Origin: Bdellovibrionales bacterium
GTDB taxonomy: Bacteria > Bdellovibrionota > Bdellovibrionia > Bdellovibrionales > JAGQZY01
Assembly: GCA_964230645.1 (NCBI GenBank)
Contig: CAXRHT010000002.1
Coordinates: 1,120,001 to 1,184,000, forward strand
DNA: 64,000 nt
Direction of reading: 5' to 3'
The translations under genes were made by a program, and so were the position numbers. The notes beneath the pieces were generated by a model. It saw only the letters and a list, made by a program, of their open reading frames with translations, searched no databases and had not been told where the DNA came from. Of this stretch, positions 29,405 to 39,064 are shown piece by piece. Every line of letters starts with the position of its first letter. Positions within the stretch are counted from its first letter, which is position 1.

Positions 29405-30871
29405 TTATTTTAGTAATGGAATTTCCCAGTACCTTCTTTTCTTCTCACGCTCCGTATTATAATACAAGATGTAGTAGTCATTTTTAAAAATTTTCCTGTA
29501 TTTCTCCATTTTATCTAGATGCTCGCGAACTCTTCCGAAGTCATTTTCGACAAAAAAATGGGCTCTACTGTGCAAAAGCTTCAGCCTCAATTGGTTTTCT
29601 GTTTTGATGTTTAAATAATCTCTTCCGGATTTTTTATTCAGTTTAGGGAATAATAGCAACCCTCTATCATAGGCACCTACATTATAGGAGATATCACGGG
29701 TCAAGACTATCACAGAATCCATGCCAAAAGATTCAAGATAATCAATCTGGGCAGTCTTAACCAAATATCGTTTTGATACCGCTTCCCTGTAGCTCTTGAT
29801 CTGATGTATTGAATTTTTGAAAGTGATTAGAACGCCGAAACTGCAAAGGCCTACTGCTAAGAAGTATCTACTCCTTTTTGACTTAACGACGCATTTGATT
29901 TGTTCACTTATTAGAATGTGTAGAAATAGTATTATCAAACCATAAAACTGGTACAAAACTCGCAGAAACTTCCAGCCAGCAAAGCTAGCTATGAATACTG
30001 CACCTACAGTAGCTAATAGAACAACCTTTTTCTCCTTTTCAATAGCGGCAAAAATACATTTAAGATTTGAAAATGGAATTAGAAGCCCCATTCCTAAAAA
30101 CACATATTTAAATTCTTTTAAAAGGTGCTCGAAATAGTAAAAATACCCAGGGTTGTACTTATGCTCGAGACTTTCAATTTTAGCTGGTACGTCTAAAAGA
30201 AATGAAACATAGGTTCGCTCAGAAGCGAGAAAGTATAGCAGGTTTACAAAAATAAAATAAGAGAAAAGAAGAAATACTTCAAAGTACAAAGAATTATTAT
30301 TGTAATTTGATAAAAACCTCAAACCGTAGAAGGGGATAAGAAAAAACAGGGACGAAGGGTGAGAAAGTAGACAAATGATCGTTAGTAAACTTAATACCAC
30401 GCCCTTGAAAAGGCTACTGTTAAGCTTTAGGTAAAAGGAAACGACTAAAATGGAGAGCAGAAACACGGTAGAGTGCACCATCCCAGCTGTTCCAAGCTGA
30501 AAGACGGTAACAGACGTGACCGTCAAAAAAGTTAAAAGCAAAAAGCCTAAGAAGTGGTCAGCGCTAACAACTTTAAACAATTGCAATAAACCTACAATTA
30601 ATATCAAAGACGATAATAGCGATAATATTAAAGGGTCTGGGGTAGTGATAGAAATAAATATATAGTTTATTAAAAATGAAAATGGCCTCAACGAATAGTC
30701 GAAAATCAATCCATTGTCCGCTTTCCAGACATTATTAAACTCATCATTGAACCTGTGAAACTGCTGAGGAAATTTGAAGAAAACAAAAAAAGTGACAGTC
30801 AAACTATAAGCTAAAAAAAATAACTTTTTTTTCTCTCGGAAAAAAAAGTTTGTCACATCTCTAACTATCAT
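29405..30871 (-). CDS. Polytopic membrane protein, GT-C-like
   Basis: 488 aa, F/L/I-rich; 'NDEF' after TM1, 'RP' motif, 'YFYYF' loop; soluble C-terminus. Confidence 0.6.
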   Translation of the reverse strand: MIVRDVTNFFFREKKKLFFLAYSLTVTFFVFFKFPQQFHRFNDEFNNVWKADNGLIFDYSLRPFSFLINYIFISITTPDPLILSLLSSLILIVGLLQLFKVVSADHFLGFLLLTFLTVTSVTVFQLGTAGMVHSTVFLLSILVVSFYLKLNSSLFKGVVLSLLTIICLLSHPSSLFFLIPFYGLRFLSNYNNNSLYFEVFLLFSYFIFVNLLYFLASERTYVSFLLDVPAKIESLEHKYNPGYFYYFEHLLKEFKYVFLGMGLLIPFSNLKCIFAAIEKEKKVVLLATVGAVFIASFAGWKFLRVLYQFYGLIILFLHILISEQIKCVVKSKRSRYFLAVGLCSFGVLITFKNSIHQIKSYREAVSKRYLVKTAQIDYLESFGMDSVIVLTRDISYNVGAYDRGLLLFPKLNKKSGRDYLNIKTENQLRLKLLHSRAHFFVENDFGRVREHLDKMEKYRKIFKNDYYILYYNTEREKKRRYWEIPLLK

Positions 30872-31026
30872 TCGATTTCATGGCGCTGATAGCCTTTTCA
30901 CTTGAAAACCTATTTTTTTTCTTAACATATCTACACCATGCCCCCTTCTTCTTCACAGTACGTTTATTGTATCAGTAGAGATATCAAAGAATTTCCGATG
31001 ACTTTGATAAAAAGCTTCAAACCTCA

Positions 31027-31890
31027 TTACTCACTAGAGATATCATTCAAATACTTACCGTATTGGTTTGGATACTTTGCAGCTATTAATCTCAAGTCTG
31101 AATTAGAAATCCAACCATTTCGATACGCAATCTCTTCAATACATGCTATTTTGAAGCCTTGCCTATGTTCGATTGTCTTAACAAATTGGCTAGACTCCAA
31201 AAGATTTTCGTGGCTGCCAGTATCTAGCCAAGCAAATCCACGCTGCAGCAATTGAACTTCCAATTTTTTCCTTTTTAGGTATTCTTTATTCAGATCAGTA
31301 ATTTCCAATTCGCCACGAGCAGAAGGGCACAATAATTTAGCATATTCAATCACGTGATTATCATAGAAGTAGAGTCCCGTCGCTGCAAATTTTGATTTTG
31401 GTTTTTGAGGCTTTTCCTCTAATGATACAACTTGTAGGGAAGAGTCAAATTCAACGACCCCATAGTTCTGGGGATCGTTTACCTGGTATGCGAAAATAAT
31501 AGCCCCGGAGTCGATGTTACTTGCTCTTCTTAGTTTGGGCGTAAATTGAGAGCCGTAAAATAAGTTGTCACCTAGTATAAGACATACAGGGGAGTCTCCT
31601 ATAAAAGGTTCACCCAGCAAAAAAGCATCTGCTATTCCTTTCGGCTCTTCCTGAGCAACATACTTTAAACTCAAGCCAAGCTGCTCACCTGAACCAAATA
31701 GTTTTTTATAGAAAGGTAAAAATTCAGGGTTGGAAATGATTAAAATTTCGCTGATTCCCGCAAGCATAAGCGTCGAAAGAGGATAATAAATCATAGGTTT
31801 ATCGTAAATCGGCAACAATTGTTTCGAAACCGAATAGGTTGCTGGGTATAGTCTGGTTCCACTGCCTCCAGCTAAAATTATTCCCTTCAT
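31027..31890 (-). CDS. rfbA: Glucose-1-phosphate thymidylyltransferase
   Basis: [49 protein letters not shown]. Confidence 0.97.
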   Translation of the reverse strand: MKGIILAGGSGTRLYPATYSVSKQLLPIYDKPMIYYPLSTLMLAGISEILIISNPEFLPFYKKLFGSGEQLGLSLKYVAQEEPKGIADAFLLGEPFIGDSPVCLILGDNLFYGSQFTPKLRRASNIDSGAIIFAYQVNDPQNYGVVEFDSSLQVVSLEEKPQKPKSKFAATGLYFYDNHVIEYAKLLCPSARGELEITDLNKEYLKRKKLEVQLLQRGFAWLDTGSHENLLESSQFVKTIEHRQGFKIACIEEIAYRNGWISNSDLRLIAAKYPNQYGKYLNDISSE

Positions 31891-32199
31891 GTACTTCTCC
31901 CATATACTAGCTGAAATCCATTTTAATCAAGAATCCAAGATAGGTCTTGAGCACTTCTATAATAGCTCCACCGAATCGGCGAATCATATTTAATCTGATT
32001 TTTTCTAAATTTCAAATCAGTATAGAATAATGCAATAAGAACCCTTACAATCAATTTTGATAGCGATCTCACGTTAACTACTTAAGAGTCGACTAGAATT
32101 TTGGCAAAATTCAGAAAACGATCGATCTGGTTTTTAATTGCTCGATTAAAAATTTCAAGGTAAAAAATCACAGAATCCAGCTCAAAAACCTCATGTCTC

Positions 32200-32895
32200 T
32201 TACCCTTCACTTCTCCCGGACGCTTGTTTGACTCTGGACCAGATTTCTTCCTCAAGCAAGGTGGTATGGATTTGAGCATCAGGACTAAAGGTAACCATTG
32301 AGTTTTTTAGCCGCACCACATCAAATCTTTCCCCCTTTATGCTGGAGCCATCAACCATTTGATTCGCCACATTTAACAAACTTATACACCCAATGCGGAA
32401 CTGCAAATCAAGGATAGAGTTGAAATCAGCACCGGATATAGGAAATGAAGCCTGCATTAGTGGAGAACCACGATCTAGTTCTTCATTCACATGATGAACA
32501 GTCACCCCTGTAATCTTGGAGCCATACTCTATACATCGCCTTAGAGCTGTCTTGCCAACTACACCACCAAAGGCTGGTAAAATAGAATAGTGCAGATTAA
32601 TAAATTTTCCCTCAAAGCTGTTTAAGACATTACTTTGAACAATTTTATGAACATTTGTAATTATTAAATCAGGTTTTAAGTCGACAAGTTTTACTCTTAC
32701 TAGCTCTTGCTTACCATCGAATGGCACGACAAATCCATTCAGAGAATTTTCTTCTGCATAACTGAGCGCAGGACACAACCTGTCAGAAATTACACCTGCA
32801 ATTTCGAAGTTCTCCAGCAACCCATCTTCGATCGCCAGGTGGAAAAATCTCAAATTTCCTCCGCCACCAGAGCACAGAAAAACTACCTTATTCAT
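32200..32895 (-). CDS. PurN-like formyltransferase, probably a sugar N-formyltransferase
   Basis: SGGGGNL, INLHYSILPAFGG, GVTVHHVNEELDRG; coupled to the GT2 gene within a nucleotide-sugar cluster. Confidence 0.8.
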   Translation of the reverse strand: MNKVVFLCSGGGGNLRFFHLAIEDGLLENFEIAGVISDRLCPALSYAEENSLNGFVVPFDGKQELVRVKLVDLKPDLIITNVHKIVQSNVLNSFEGKFINLHYSILPAFGGVVGKTALRRCIEYGSKITGVTVHHVNEELDRGSPLMQASFPISGADFNSILDLQFRIGCISLLNVANQMVDGSSIKGERFDVVRLKNSMVTFSPDAQIHTTLLEEEIWSRVKQASGRSEG

Positions 32896-33823
32896 GAAGC
32901 CCCTTCTGCTCGTAGATCGCTTTCACTATACTATAAGGCCTCCCCTTGACTTCAGAAAAAATTTTAGACAGATAAATTCCGATGATACCCAATGACGACA
33001 TGATAATCCCCCCAATTAACCATATAGATGCAATTAACGATGTCCATCCTACCGCAACTTCATGGTTTACTATCCGATTCCAGAGTAGAATTACAGTATA
33101 GACACTCGAAAAAATAGAAATCATTACACCTACATAAAAAATCCCTTTAAGCGGGGCATTACTAAATGACGTAATTGAATTCACAAACAACGAAAATTTT
33201 CTTCTCAAATTATACGTCGAAGATCCTTTGTCTAGCTTTTCGAAAAAATAAGGCTTTTGAAGGAAACCCGTGATCTCCCATAGGCCAGCAAGGAAAATCT
33301 CACGCTCGCGATGCATTAACAAAGCATTCACGTAAGGGCGAGACATAAGCCTAACAGTAGAGAGGCTACCTCTTAAGTTCAAGTCGGTCAGTGAGTTAAA
33401 TAAGGCCCAAAAAAGGTAACCGCTAATTCTTTCAACGAGACCACCCTTCCTTTTTTTCTGAACTCCATAAACAACATCCACCTCATCACTTACTAAAACG
33501 GTGTTAAAAGGTGTGAGGAGAGCTGGATCCTCCTCAAGATCGACATCAATCAGGTAGACCAAGTTCCCTCGAGAATGGGCTAACCCAGTCATTATAGCCT
33601 TATGATGCCCAAAGTTGCGTGACAGATCTATAATTTTGACCCTCGAGTCCAGCCTCTGAATTTCCAAAGCTATCTGAAGAGACCTATCAGGCGATCCATC
33701 GTTTACAAATATAATTTCATAATCACAGCCAAAGCCTGATTCACACACAGCCTTCATTCTCTCGTAAAAAACTTTAATATATTCTTCGGACTTATAAAGT
33801 GTTGTGACTACAGAAAGCTTCAC
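32888..33823 (-). CDS. GtrB/ArnC-like polyprenol-phosphate glycosyltransferase (GT2)
   Basis: VNDGSPD, LSRNFGHHKA, IDVDLEEDP, two C-terminal TM helices, GIYLSKIF.EVKGRPY. Confidence 0.9.
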   Translation of the reverse strand: MKLSVVTTLYKSEEYIKVFYERMKAVCESGFGCDYEIIFVNDGSPDRSLQIALEIQRLDSRVKIIDLSRNFGHHKAIMTGLAHSRGNLVYLIDVDLEEDPALLTPFNTVLVSDEVDVVYGVQKKRKGGLVERISGYLFWALFNSLTDLNLRGSLSTVRLMSRPYVNALLMHREREIFLAGLWEITGFLQKPYFFEKLDKGSSTYNLRRKFSLFVNSITSFSNAPLKGIFYVGVMISIFSSVYTVILLWNRIVNHEVAVGWTSLIASIWLIGGIIMSSLGIIGIYLSKIFSEVKGRPYSIVKAIYEQKGLHE

Positions 33824-34136
33824 AATTACCTCTTCTTGGAAATAGAACGTACATTAACCACTTACAGGCTCTCTAGGGAACACAGCACCAAAATAGATAA
33901 ATGTATAAGAACTCTCCCTATATTAAAGCCTAAGTTTACTCAAAACTTATTTTGCATTGAAGCAATTTGGCAAGTCAGAATACTTAATTAGCCACGTAAT
34001 TTGCACTAAGTATTCGTTAAAAGTACAAAATAGAGAAATGAACATTTAAGGAACGGGCTCAAAAAAACCGAACAGCGCGTAACTAGCCTGATACTAAATC
34101 TCATAAAAAGCCAGTCCAGCACTAGGCTTTAAATTA

Positions 34137-34835
34137 TTATGTTTCAGATATTCCTAGATAATCCCTCGCACCAGCCCCCAAGTTGAAGATCAAGTCTAGC
34201 ACTGAAACTGCGACGTCGCTCTGCCCAAACTGCTGTGGATAATTGGGATATTTGGAAAAGTCCAAGTATTTAATTTGAACACCTTTACTTTCAAATAAAT
34301 CAGAATCAATGTAACTAGCGGCAGATGGACCTGAGTAATATCGAGTGGCTCCTACCTGTATACAAATATCTAATAGTCGCTGACTTGGGGCGCTAGATGT
34401 CTTAAACTCAGAAAACCACTTAATCTTAGTTTTTATACCCAAAATTTGATTTATTAGCTCTATAAATGCTAAATTAATCCGACTGAGCGAGCGCTCCCCC
34501 TCCAGACTGGCATAAAGTGCCTTGAATTGCTCACCATACAAATCAAAAAACGGCGCCCGATGATAGCTTTGATATATCAAGCTCCAGTGTTTTTTCACCC
34601 AATTTGGATCTGAAACACAAGTCTCATAAATTTTTTGCTCGAATCGGCCTTTTGTTTCTACCGGTATCGTTAGCCACTTTACCCCCTGCGGAGTAATGAT
34701 TTTGTTTCTATTTCGCCAGTCTCGCTTGGTATACTGGACATTATCAAGAACCACGAACACATCAACTTGCGCGATGGCATCAAAGTATCCAATCCAAGGG
34801 ATGTAATTTGATTGGGTAATTAAAGCTTTCTTAAT
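34137..34835 (-). CDS. WbqC-family protein
   Basis: ITQSNYIPWIGYFD…D.FVVLDNVQYT.RDWRNRN.I, WLTIPV, YYSGPSA, YPQ, SVLDLIFN; conserved N-terminus extends upstream of the track start (34760). Confidence 0.9.
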   Translation of the reverse strand: MKKALITQSNYIPWIGYFDAIAQVDVFVVLDNVQYTKRDWRNRNKIITPQGVKWLTIPVETKGRFEQKIYETCVSDPNWVKKHWSLIYQSYHRAPFFDLYGEQFKALYASLEGERSLSRINLAFIELINQILGIKTKIKWFSEFKTSSAPSQRLLDICIQVGATRYYSGPSAASYIDSDLFESKGVQIKYLDFSKYPNYPQQFGQSDVAVSVLDLIFNLGAGARDYLGISET

Positions 34836-35036
34836 ATTAAATACCTCAAATGGCCTGAGTCTGTTGAATACTTTAGGAGCTATTAATAAGAACCAGATAC
34901 AGTACCTTGAAAGAATTGGTCAATGCATTTTTTATATTGTCCAATCATCGGAGCTTTAAATTCACTATTTGAAAGTACTTTTTCATGTAAATGCAGTAGG
35001 CTATCTCTTTTCGTGACAGTATTGGCAATATATCAA

Positions 35037-36713
35037 TCAATGTATTATTCGCTGGAATTCGTATACGTACTGGTTCAACTTTTTTTCAAGTTCAAAATAA
35101 TCATCAACTTTTAAGACTTTGATTGCCTCAGTATTGATTCCATAATGCTCCTCTAAAAAAATTTTTAACTTTAATACCTGTCTAGGTGTGGCTATCAAAT
35201 AATAGTTTTCTTTAGAGACCAACTCTTTGAGAGGATGCTCGATGCGCTCTCGTTTTAGCACGAGGCTGTTGTGCGGAGAGTTAATCATCCAGCCAGTAAC
35301 GATAAATTTGAAATAATTATTTTTTCTCAAAAAAGTCGACTTTGGCAGTATAAATTGGAAAGGCATCGAAGGAGACCAACACAAATAAACCCCTCCTCTT
35401 TCCCGTAGCTCTTCCATTAGCCCCGTCAAGGATTCCACGTTTCGATTATTGTCGAGGCTCTGACCAGGAAGATCTTTGACAATATCGGCGATTGAAAATA
35501 CCAGAACACAACTAACTACCACAAAAAGCGATGCGACTTTCCTACTAATCGTTACTTTGAAAGTTGATGCTCTTAAAAAGCTTAAGGAAACAGCACAGGA
35601 GAAAAATATCGTCGGAACCGCCAATCGCGGTGGGAAGCGCGCAAACATTCCTAATGACATGCAGACCAAGCAGATCCAGCCATTGAGAAAAAATATAAGC
35701 TTCTTATTTATAGAAAAAAGACAGAGGAGGACGATAAAGCACAGCCAGAACACTATAAAGTGTCTAATTTTTAATAGACTTCTACTGAAGATCTTTAAAG
35801 ATTTGGAGATTGAACGACCGCCTCGCGTGGGCAGATTTTTATTCAGAAAACGTAATTTTTCAACACTGTATACCTTTTTATCTGTAAACATCCATTTCTT
35901 AAATATCCAAAAGTCATTTTTGCTCCAGCCTACCCTACTCATTATTTTTTGAGTCTCCGAGGTCCATGTTAATTGTGGGGTGCCATGCAACTTACCGCGC
36001 TCAATATTGAATTCCCTATAATTAAACTCCTTAGGTATTGGAGCTCCAGACATGGTATGAGAAGCCTTTGTAGCCGCTAGCATAATTAAAACCAAGATCA
36101 AACTTCCTTTGCTAACCTTTGGGCCGTCAGGGAAAAATTGACGCCAAACTATCAATGGTAAAACTAGCACGACGGAAAAATAGAGACATTGCTCTCTAAC
36201 TAGCCCGCCTAGTAGGAGAAACACCATGGATATAATTTTTGACATCTTATAACGAGGTGAAAAGTATAAAACCCAACCAGCTGCCAACAAAGTCAATGAC
36301 GCAGAAGTGAAGCTAATATTCATCAACACTGCCCAAAAAACACCAATTATGCACAGAGAAAACAGAAGTAGCTTTGCGCCGCGTCTTCGAAAGTCCATTA
36401 AACAGATCGCTATTACGGTGGAGGAAACAATATGACAAAAATACATAAAGGCGCCATACCAAGGAACACCCGCAGAAAATGAATAAAGGTATTTCAGGAC
36501 ATAACCGACTGCATTGCTCATGAAAACAACATTTTCAGATGGCTCTCCCGTGTAGAGTCCCGAGGAAATCATCATCATGACAACGTCATCATTGACCGCA
36601 AATTTACCAGTTAGGAAAATTAAGGGGAGTGAAATAAATAGAAAACTAATAGCCACGAGGAACCCACAAGTTAATACCTGCGACGCTCTGCGGACATTTT
36701 TATTTAAAAACAT
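35037..36713 (-). CDS. Polytopic membrane protein, GT-C-like
   Basis: 558 aa; 'NDD' acidic dyad after TM1; large extracytoplasmic loop; multiple TM segments. Confidence 0.65.
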   Translation of the reverse strand: MFLNKNVRRASQVLTCGFLVAISFLFISLPLIFLTGKFAVNDDVVMMMISSGLYTGEPSENVVFMSNAVGYVLKYLYSFSAGVPWYGAFMYFCHIVSSTVIAICLMDFRRRGAKLLLFSLCIIGVFWAVLMNISFTSASLTLLAAGWVLYFSPRYKMSKIISMVFLLLGGLVREQCLYFSVVLVLPLIVWRQFFPDGPKVSKGSLILVLIMLAATKASHTMSGAPIPKEFNYREFNIERGKLHGTPQLTWTSETQKIMSRVGWSKNDFWIFKKWMFTDKKVYSVEKLRFLNKNLPTRGGRSISKSLKIFSRSLLKIRHFIVFWLCFIVLLCLFSINKKLIFFLNGWICLVCMSLGMFARFPPRLAVPTIFFSCAVSLSFLRASTFKVTISRKVASLFVVVSCVLVFSIADIVKDLPGQSLDNNRNVESLTGLMEELRERGGVYLCWSPSMPFQFILPKSTFLRKNNYFKFIVTGWMINSPHNSLVLKRERIEHPLKELVSKENYYLIATPRQVLKLKIFLEEHYGINTEAIKVLKVDDYFELEKKLNQYVYEFQRIIH

Positions 36714-36896
36714 AGTACCTCTATAGAAATCTATTGTTCAAATATGGGAAAATCCATACATCAAAGGCTCTAAGAAAGTATATATACTAATTTTTATTCC
36801 ATACTAGCGTTTAAGTACCTTCCTAGGTATAAACTCATGACAATTTGTTTCTATCCACTGGAATACAATTAAAAATTTGAGCTATATTTCTGGGCA

Positions 36897-37796
36897 TTGA
36901 AACATTTAATTTTATGGAGTGACAACGAGACCTTAATGATGCGACCACTGACGATGATGACTAATATTATATGCTGCCCCAAATGTAAAAAAGAAATTTC
37001 ATTAACATCGTTAGATTGCTTGAAATGCGGGAGCGAGTTCAAGAAGAATGGTGATCAGCTAATATTTGATGAAAGCTGGGAAAATTTGTCACTCGCAGAA
37101 AAAGACTGGTTGAATTCAGTAAAAGAGAAGGTCAAACTACGGTTTACTTGGCTCTACCCATCCCTCGTGAGTATTTTGGGCCCTGTTGCTCCTACAATAA
37201 ACCCGCTAAAACTAATAGACAACAAGGTGCTAGAGAAAGGCGTTGTCGTAAACTTAGGATGTGGAACTACTCAGCTAGACGCGAAAATCATTAACGTTGA
37301 TCAAGCACCCTACACCAGCGTCGATATTGTAGCATCGATTACAAATTTGCCTTTTATCGATGGTTCAATTGATACAATTTTAAATATAGCAGTTTTAGAA
37401 CATATGGCTGATCCGAAACAAATCGTAGAGGAGTTTTGGCGAGTTCTAAAACCTGGCGGATCAGTGGTTTGCTTTATCCCATTTATTCAAGGTATCCATG
37501 CATCTCCCTTCGATTTTCAGAGATTGACACCAGCTGGAATCAGGGAATTATTTACAAACTTCGAAATAGATTTAGTACATAGCGTTGGACCGACCTCGGG
37601 TTTATTATGGGTGCTGCAAGAATGGTTGGCCATGTTTTTTTCATTTGGCTCGGTAAGACTTTATAAGATATTGATCCCTCTAACCTGGATATTTTCGCCA
37701 ATAAAGTATTTAGATTTCATTATGCGCCACCATACAGCTAGTTCAACCATCTCAACCGGGTTCTTTTTCGTAGCTAGAAAAAAAAATAACTTGTAA
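36897..37796 (+). CDS. Class I SAM-dependent methyltransferase with N-terminal CxxC..CxxC ribbon
   Basis: CPKC…CLKC; VVNLGCG; AVLEH; RVLKPGG; PF.QGIH.SP.DFQR; true start probably at an ATG around 36936-36957. Confidence 0.85.
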   Translation: MKHLILWSDNETLMMRPLTMMTNIICCPKCKKEISLTSLDCLKCGSEFKKNGDQLIFDESWENLSLAEKDWLNSVKEKVKLRFTWLYPSLVSILGPVAPTINPLKLIDNKVLEKGVVVNLGCGTTQLDAKIINVDQAPYTSVDIVASITNLPFIDGSIDTILNIAVLEHMADPKQIVEEFWRVLKPGGSVVCFIPFIQGIHASPFDFQRLTPAGIRELFTNFEIDLVHSVGPTSGLLWVLQEWLAMFFSFGSVRLYKILIPLTWIFSPIKYLDFIMRHHTASSTISTGFFFVARKKNNL

Positions 37797-37943
37797 TTCT
37801 AAATTCAGCAGCTGTTCTTATGAGCCCGAGAAAGATATTTTTTTTGACAATTCCCCCACTTAGAAGCAACTTATTATCTATTGTGATTTGAGTAGAGACC
37901 TTGCCCTGAAGCCAAGATCGTACTAACTTGGAAGAACTTTGAC

Positions 37944-39062
37944 ATGGAAATTCCCTTTAATAAATCAACTATTCTCGAAGAATGTATATCTACTGTGAAT
38001 CACACCATAAAAACGGGTAAACTCTCTAGCGATGGACATGTTGGACGGAGCTGCGAACAGCTCCTTAATTCTATGACTCATTCTACTAACTTATTAGTAC
38101 CCTCAGCTACCGCTGCTTTAGAGATGATGGCGTTACTTCTATGCGTAAAGCCAGGTGACGAAATTATAGTACCTAGCTTTACGTTTGTGTCGACTGCCAA
38201 CGCTTTTGCGCTAAGGGGTGCAAAAATTAAGTTTGCGGACAACGATTATCAGGGGAACATACTCCCAAGTGAAATTGATAGACTCTCAACCAGTAAAACG
38301 AAAGCTGTTTGCGTCGTCCACTACGGGGGAAATTCTGCAGATATGGATGAAATTCTCACAATTTGTGAAGAGAAAAATATAGTTTTATTAGAAGATGCAG
38401 CTCAATGTGTTTTTGCCAAGTATAAAAAAAGACCATTAGGGACTTTAGGAACTATGGGATGCTATAGCTTCCATGATACCAAAAATATAAGTGCTGGTGA
38501 GGGCGGTTCTCTACTAATAAATGACATAAAATTTAGGGATAGAGCCAACTTCATAAGGGAAAAGGGCACAAATAGAAAAGCATTCTTAGAAGGTCAGGTG
38601 GACAAATACAGCTGGGTTGACCTCGGCTCTAGCTACTGCCTATCGGAACTAAATTCTGCCTACCTCTTGCCGCAACTTACAAAAGGACTATCTATTACTG
38701 AAAACCGGAAGCTAACGTGGAAGCGATATAGCGAAGAACTACGCCCTTTGTTTAGGAACCATTCGCTTGAGATTTTAGATCCTCCCTCATATAATCTACC
38801 TAATTACCATATGTTTGCCTTCCTGGCTGCTTCATCTGAATCGCGCCCCATCTTGCTCCAAAAATTAAACAGTAGGGGTGTAAACGCCACATTCCACTAC
38901 TCTCCACTTCACCTCTCACACTATGGGAAAAGGTTTTTTGAAGCACGACTGCCCGTGTGTGAAGATTTCGCTTCTCGTATCGTCAGACTTCCACTTTGGT
39001 ACAATATGTCTGAAGCCGAGGTGTCGTATGTCATAGAAACGCTAAAAAAAGTTCTATCCTGA
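37944..39062 (+). CDS. wecE: dTDP-4-amino-4,6-dideoxygalactose transaminase (DegT/WecE family)
   Basis: IPFNK, SATAALEM, PSFTFVSTANAF, EDAAQ, SFHDTKNI.AGEGG, REKGTNR..F..GQVDKYSW.D.GSSY. Confidence 0.9.
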   Translation: MEIPFNKSTILEECISTVNHTIKTGKLSSDGHVGRSCEQLLNSMTHSTNLLVPSATAALEMMALLLCVKPGDEIIVPSFTFVSTANAFALRGAKIKFADNDYQGNILPSEIDRLSTSKTKAVCVVHYGGNSADMDEILTICEEKNIVLLEDAAQCVFAKYKKRPLGTLGTMGCYSFHDTKNISAGEGGSLLINDIKFRDRANFIREKGTNRKAFLEGQVDKYSWVDLGSSYCLSELNSAYLLPQLTKGLSITENRKLTWKRYSEELRPLFRNHSLEILDPPSYNLPNYHMFAFLAASSESRPILLQKLNSRGVNATFHYSPLHLSHYGKRFFEARLPVCEDFASRIVRLPLWYNMSEAEVSYVIETLKKVLS

Positions 39063-39064
39063 AA

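Noticed and set aside
32200..32895. Housekeeping purN
   Set aside because: Divergent from PurN, coupled to a GtrB-like gene in a nucleotide-sugar cluster, and no pur genes nearby; a sugar formyltransferase is more likely
33824..34136. Missing GtrA flippase or a small ORF in the spacer; 9-bp inverted repeat at 33978-34015
   Set aside because: Only a ~32-codon minus-strand ORF without GtrA features; the inverted repeat is AT-rich with a 20-nt loop and is compatible with chance
35476..35952. 158-aa antisense ORF and the many other 60-130 aa shadow ORFs in the track
   Set aside because: They lie opposite or within well-supported genes and lack motifs or SD sequences; typical shadow ORFs
37778..37786. 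A9 tract as a phase-variation site
   Set aside because: Located in the last few codons of the methyltransferase gene, so slippage would barely change the protein
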